Assembly: GCA_019056805.1 (NCBI GenBank)
Contig: DXJG01000009.1
Location: 126,015 to 158,014, forward strand
Length of the DNA: 32,000 bases
Direction of reading: 5' to 3'
DNA from: Candidatus Baldrarchaeota archaeon
GTDB lineage: Archaea; Asgardarchaeota; Baldrarchaeia; Baldrarchaeales; DXJG01
Every line of letters begins with the position of its first letter. Within the stretch, counting starts at the first letter, position 1. A program made the position numbers and the translations under genes. Under the pieces are notes generated by a model. The model ran no database searches. It worked only from the letters and a program-made list of their open reading frames with translations, and was not told where the DNA came from. Of this stretch, positions 28,204 to 32,000 are shown one piece after another.

Positions 28204-28833
28204 TTGCCAAAATTTCTTGATAAACTCTTCGGGAAAAAAACAAAGTCTGAAGATGAAACAATTGCGGAACTTAGAGCTACGATTAATAGACTTCAATTAA
28301 GAAGTAAAGAGCTAGATAAAAGAGCCAAAATGAGTAGAGAACAAGCTAAAGAACTTTTAAGAATGGGCAATAAAGAAGGAGCAAAATTCCAATTAAAAAG
28401 ATGGTTCCGTTATGTTCAACTATTTAACAGATATTCTAGGCAAATTGCAAGCTTAGAAGATGCTATTGCAACAATAGAAACTGCAAGAGACAGTGTTGAA
28501 ATGTCTAGAGCATTATCAACAGCACTCGACGCACTTAGACAAGCTAGAGAAATAGCTTCTCCAGAAAAAGCAATGGAACTCATGGTAAGAATGGATCAAA
28601 CGATGCAGGAGATAGAAAGCACATCACAAATTCTTAGTGAAGGCTTTGAAGTAGCTGGAGAAGAGGATCAATCAATTGAAAGAGAACTAGAAAAATTGGA
28701 AGCAGAAGTTATGCTTGAAGAAGCTGGAGAACTACCAAAGATACCTGCAAAAACGGAAAAAGTAGAAGAAATAGAGGAAGAAGTCAAAAAACTAAAAGAA
28801 GAAACATCTGAAGAAGAGAAAGAAGAAGCGTAA
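28204..28833 (+). CDS. ESCRT-III, Vps20/32/60 (Snf7/CHMP4-6) class
   Basis: N-terminal amphipathic FLDKLFGKK; GNKEGAKFQLKR...LEDAIATIETA; LPKIP tail. TTG start at 28204 after GAGGTG (track start 28168). Confidence 0.88.
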   Translation: MPKFLDKLFGKKTKSEDETIAELRATINRLQLRSKELDKRAKMSREQAKELLRMGNKEGAKFQLKRWFRYVQLFNRYSRQIASLEDAIATIETARDSVEMSRALSTALDALRQAREIASPEKAMELMVRMDQTMQEIESTSQILSEGFEVAGEEDQSIERELEKLEAEVMLEEAGELPKIPAKTEKVEEIEEEVKKLKEETSEEEKEEA

Positions 28834-28973
28834 CATATATTCCAGTATAGTTCAATTAAATACATGATTTCTCTGTAAATTATTATAAAAGGAGATAAAT
28901 GAAACAAAAACTACAACTATTCAAATGAGACAACTAGCTATAAAGTGATATAATACCAAAAACGTAACTTAGA

Positions 28974-30506
28974 TCAAAACTTAACAAAATCATTACTTTT
29001 CCGCATATTAACATTGAAATCGAAATTTTGACGACCGCTTTTTAATTCACGTAGCCTTTTTTCAATAGCATAAAGTTTTCCAACCCAAGACCTATAATAT
29101 TTAAAATAATTTTCCACGGAAATTAAACCGTCTTCAAAATATCGTTTCAATTCTTTTATTGTTTCTTCTGTTTCATATTTCTCTTTCTCGAGCTTAAATA
29201 TCTCCATCTTCAACTTATCTTCTGAACCACGAGGACTGTATGAAATCTCATGAAACACAACATTTTTCGAAACGTTAGAATGGCTTACATGTTCAGTTTC
29301 TGTAATTTTTTTAATTCTATTTAGAATTCTCTCAACTTTCATTTTTAAATCTGAAGTTTCTAACATTAAACTAGACACTTTGGAGGTAACAAAAGTATCC
29401 TTTAATGAGTATTTTTCGAAGTTTAATGCGATGTTAATATAGTCTTTTACTAATGGTAACATATTTGATGGGAAGCTAAAAGTAAGTTCTCCGTCATTAC
29501 ATTTTATAATTAGTCGTTTTATCAATCTACCCTTTATCTCCACATCTCTGATACGTTCTAATGGAATCTCAAAAGATTTGTAAAAAGATTTTTTAAATAA
29601 TCCTTTTTCAGCTAGGAAAATAAGCCGCTTATCAGTTAGAAATAGCTTTCCCCCTTCCTTTGGCACCCTTATGATATCAGATCCAGAAAACTTCGCGTTT
29701 TGAATCGCATATATAGGTTTCTCATCAAAATCTAATGATAAAATATCCTTATATTCACTAAATTCTTGACAATGTTTATACAGGGAGGAGACTAAAATTT
29801 CTAATTTCGAGAGCTTTTCTTCGATTTCCATTAAAGACTCATCTACATAATTCTTATAGTCGTTTAAATCTGCCTCAATTCTAGTTAAAATACTTCTAAG
29901 ATAAGGAAGATCTTCAACTTTAAACTGTTTTTCGATGGAAAACTTTGGCCCAATTGATAAAAGTAAACTTCCAATTTCCTCAATTTTCCCTAAAATTCTC
30001 GTTTTAACCAGGCTATAATCATTAAAAACATCCGTTAAAGTCCTTTCAATTACTGGATAATTAAAAAACCGGGAACGTCTAACGAAAATTAAAGTTCTTT
30101 TGACGTAATCAAATTTACGAGCAAATTTTCCCAACTTAACATAACCATACTTTATCTCAAAAGAAAGTTTTCTAAATTTCGCTTTCAAGGTAGCTTGTTC
30201 TTCTGCAAAATCAACTACCTCGGTAGAGCCACATTTGGAACAAGTCTTCACATACTTGGTAACAAAAACGACTTTCTTACTCTTACAGTCTTCACAAGAA
30301 TAATTGGATAAATCCTTATTTCTCCCTTTTCCAGTCTTAAGCTCTTTAACATTCTTTGACCCGCAGGTCAAGCAAATTGGAAACTTTTCTATTTTGACCG
30401 ACACGCAATTACGACATAACCCTGCTCCACACGTCCTACATATCCACTCAACTTCCTTCAATCCACACTTATGGCAGATTTCTCTCTCTGTATAAAAGTT
30501 TTCCAA
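28974..30506 (-). CDS. ESCRT-associated multidomain protein: six-CxxC Zn-finger region, coiled coil, PH/GRAM/GLUE-like domain, C-terminal steadiness box (Vps23/Vps37-like)
   Basis: CxxC at aa 11, 23, 31, 45, 71 and 89; GKLFLTDKRLIF..EIPLERIRDVE (PH-like); ETEETIKELKRYFEDGLISVENYFKYYR (steadiness-box pattern). Adjacent to ESCRT-III; TTG start after GGGAG. Confidence 0.72.
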   Translation of the reverse strand: MENFYTEREICHKCGLKEVEWICRTCGAGLCRNCVSVKIEKFPICLTCGSKNVKELKTGKGRNKDLSNYSCEDCKSKKVVFVTKYVKTCSKCGSTEVVDFAEEQATLKAKFRKLSFEIKYGYVKLGKFARKFDYVKRTLIFVRRSRFFNYPVIERTLTDVFNDYSLVKTRILGKIEEIGSLLLSIGPKFSIEKQFKVEDLPYLRSILTRIEADLNDYKNYVDESLMEIEEKLSKLEILVSSLYKHCQEFSEYKDILSLDFDEKPIYAIQNAKFSGSDIIRVPKEGGKLFLTDKRLIFLAEKGLFKKSFYKSFEIPLERIRDVEIKGRLIKRLIIKCNDGELTFSFPSNMLPLVKDYINIALNFEKYSLKDTFVTSKVSSLMLETSDLKMKVERILNRIKKITETEHVSHSNVSKNVVFHEISYSPRGSEDKLKMEIFKLEKEKYETEETIKELKRYFEDGLISVENYFKYYRSWVGKLYAIEKRLRELKSGRQNFDFNVNMRKSNDFVKF

Positions 30507-30763
30507 TGTTATCTCCCTACTACAATGCTACAACAAGCTGAAATTAAACAATATAATCTGCATTATTTAACCACTCGTAACACGTTAATATTACGTCACC
30601 AAACAAACTTTACTAATTTCATAGATAGGACATTCACCTTAATTTTACACATCTAAATGCCATAACATAGATTTACGAAAAGCTTTGAAAAGAAAACATT
30701 ATCAACTAACATGAAAATCAAAACTATGTTTAGAAATAGTTTGAATTTCAAGAAAGAAAAGAC

Positions 30764-31522
30764 TTATTCGTCTAAATCTGCCAATTTCCTGCAATGTTCT
30801 TCAAAGAAGTCAAATATTTGAGTTAAAAATTTTACGTTCGATATATTGGACTTATCTCCTTCCTCAAGCTCCCTATGATGCCACCAGTATCCCCACCTGT
30901 AAAACATATAAAGCAAGCCAACAGCGAACACAAGTCCATTACCATAATTTCTTATAGCAGCAACTACCCCTGGCCTATTTCCCATCATTGCAGCCCCCAA
31001 TACAGTCCAATCATTTGAAACTCTTAAAAAATAAGGAGCTATCTTTGGATCTTTACCAGGAATCTCTGCAACTGCTTTTAAATTTTCATTAATTTTATGC
31101 TTTCCCAGAAAATTCCTAATGAGTTCAAAACGTGAATCTACCTTCAAGAACCGTTCCGGAACTCCACAAAAGAACGCATAACTCTTGGCCTTCTCTTCTA
31201 AAAACTCTGCATCGAAAACTCTAAGCAATCTATTTATTCCTTCAAAATTTTCAACCGGCCTGCCAATGAAAAGAATTCCTCCTTCATCAACCCAAGAAGC
31301 AATTTCACGAATCTCTTTGTTATGAAAGGGTATATTACCTGATGCACTTATTATAATAAAAACATCCCAATCATCTAAATCTTCTCTACTTACATTTCCA
31401 CGAGTTAATCCAACGGTGTATCCCCGTTCTTTTTCTAACCACCAAAGAAATCCCCCAATGCCTAGAACTCCTGGCATCTCTGATTCGTACCGATAAACAT
31501 CAATAAGAACATCAAGTATCAC
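30764..31522 (-). CDS. Hypothetical protein with a class-I GATase-like (DUF4350/GldG/GIFT-like) fold
   Basis: DLDDWDVFII..S..PF...EI..I..WV..GG.LF and INRLL..F pattern; C-terminal GLVFAVG...SN..F. GTG 31522 follows GGAGG. Confidence 0.5.
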   Translation of the reverse strand: MILDVLIDVYRYESEMPGVLGIGGFLWWLEKERGYTVGLTRGNVSREDLDDWDVFIIISASGNIPFHNKEIREIASWVDEGGILFIGRPVENFEGINRLLRVFDAEFLEEKAKSYAFFCGVPERFLKVDSRFELIRNFLGKHKINENLKAVAEIPGKDPKIAPYFLRVSNDWTVLGAAMMGNRPGVVAAIRNYGNGLVFAVGLLYMFYRWGYWWHHRELEEGDKSNISNVKFLTQIFDFFEEHCRKLADLDE

Positions 31523-31651
31523 ATACAACCCTCCACTATCCTATATTCAACCCTTTCTCAGCACTATAAAATATGATGCAAGATCACTATTTTAAAATTC
31601 TATTACCACCGGGTAACGGTAAATATTAAAATAATAAAATTAAAGTGTGAG

Positions 31652-32000
31652 TTAAAATCCTTTTTCCTTCAAGAATTTCTCAATTATATCTCTTAGGTCT
31701 GGCTTTCCTATTTCTTGTAGCTCGTATCTCACTCTTAATACTGGCTTATCTACATCGATTAATCGTCTTATATCAATTGGAGTCCCAGTTACAACGATGT
31801 CACACTCTGTTCTTTTAATCGTCTCTTCTAATTCCTTTATTTGCTCTTTACCATAACCCATTGCCGGTAAAACAGGTCCCAGATGAGTGTATTCTTCATA
31901 AACTTCTTTTATTGAACCAACAGCGTAAGGACGCGGATCTATAATCTCCTTAGCTCCAAATTTCCTAGCAGCCAAGTAACCCGCTCCAAAAGGCATATGG
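31652..32000 (-). CDS. C-terminal part of a cyclic 2,3-diphosphoglycerate synthetase-like / COG2403 P-loop protein (5'-truncated)
   Basis: MPFGAG..A...GA.EIIDPRPYAVGSI...LPAMGY...Q..ELEETI..TECD.VV.GTPID...V.YEL. Confidence 0.75.
   Translation of the reverse strand, partial: HMPFGAGYLAARKFGAKEIIDPRPYAVGSIKEVYEEYTHLGPVLPAMGYGKEQIKELEETIKRTECDIVVTGTPIDIRRLIDVDKPVLRVRYELQEIGKPDLRDIIEKFLKEKGF

Noticed and set aside
26067-28833. Crenarchaeal-type Cdv cell-division operon
   Set aside because: No CdvA, no C-terminal winged-helix extension on either ESCRT-III, and Vps25 is present, so it fits the Asgard/eukaryotic type.

Overview
AT-rich archaeal window, almost certainly from an Asgard archaeon: it has a eukaryote-like ESCRT locus with Vps25, Vps4, two ESCRT-III classes and a steadiness-box protein. 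Thermophily is plausible but not shown. The left 14 kb is a bioenergetic cluster. It carries a group 4 [NiFe]-hydrogenase with all 11 complex I-like core subunits, split into nuoJKLMN-like (minus) and nuoABCDHI-like (plus) blocks, interleaved with A1Ao-ATPase genes (c/K, C, H/G, E) and a TtuA-family gene. The middle holds malic enzyme, a nitrilase, a methanogenesis-marker-2-like protein, an intron-containing tRNA-Arg(CCG), EndoQ, a proline-rich coiled-coil protein, two tiny Zn ribbons, a PLP aminotransferase, Thg1 and a GlmU-like transferase. The right end holds the ESCRT cluster. The best candidates for new biology are (1) a 510-aa ESCRT-linked protein joining a FYVE/B-box-like Zn finger, a PH/GLUE-like domain and an ESCRT-I steadiness box, (2) the hydrogenase with full complex I architecture interleaved with ATP synthase genes, including an internally duplicated c subunit, and (3) a VASP-like polyproline protein. 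All family calls come from motif recognition by eye; no database searches were run. Reference sequences quoted are recalled from memory.
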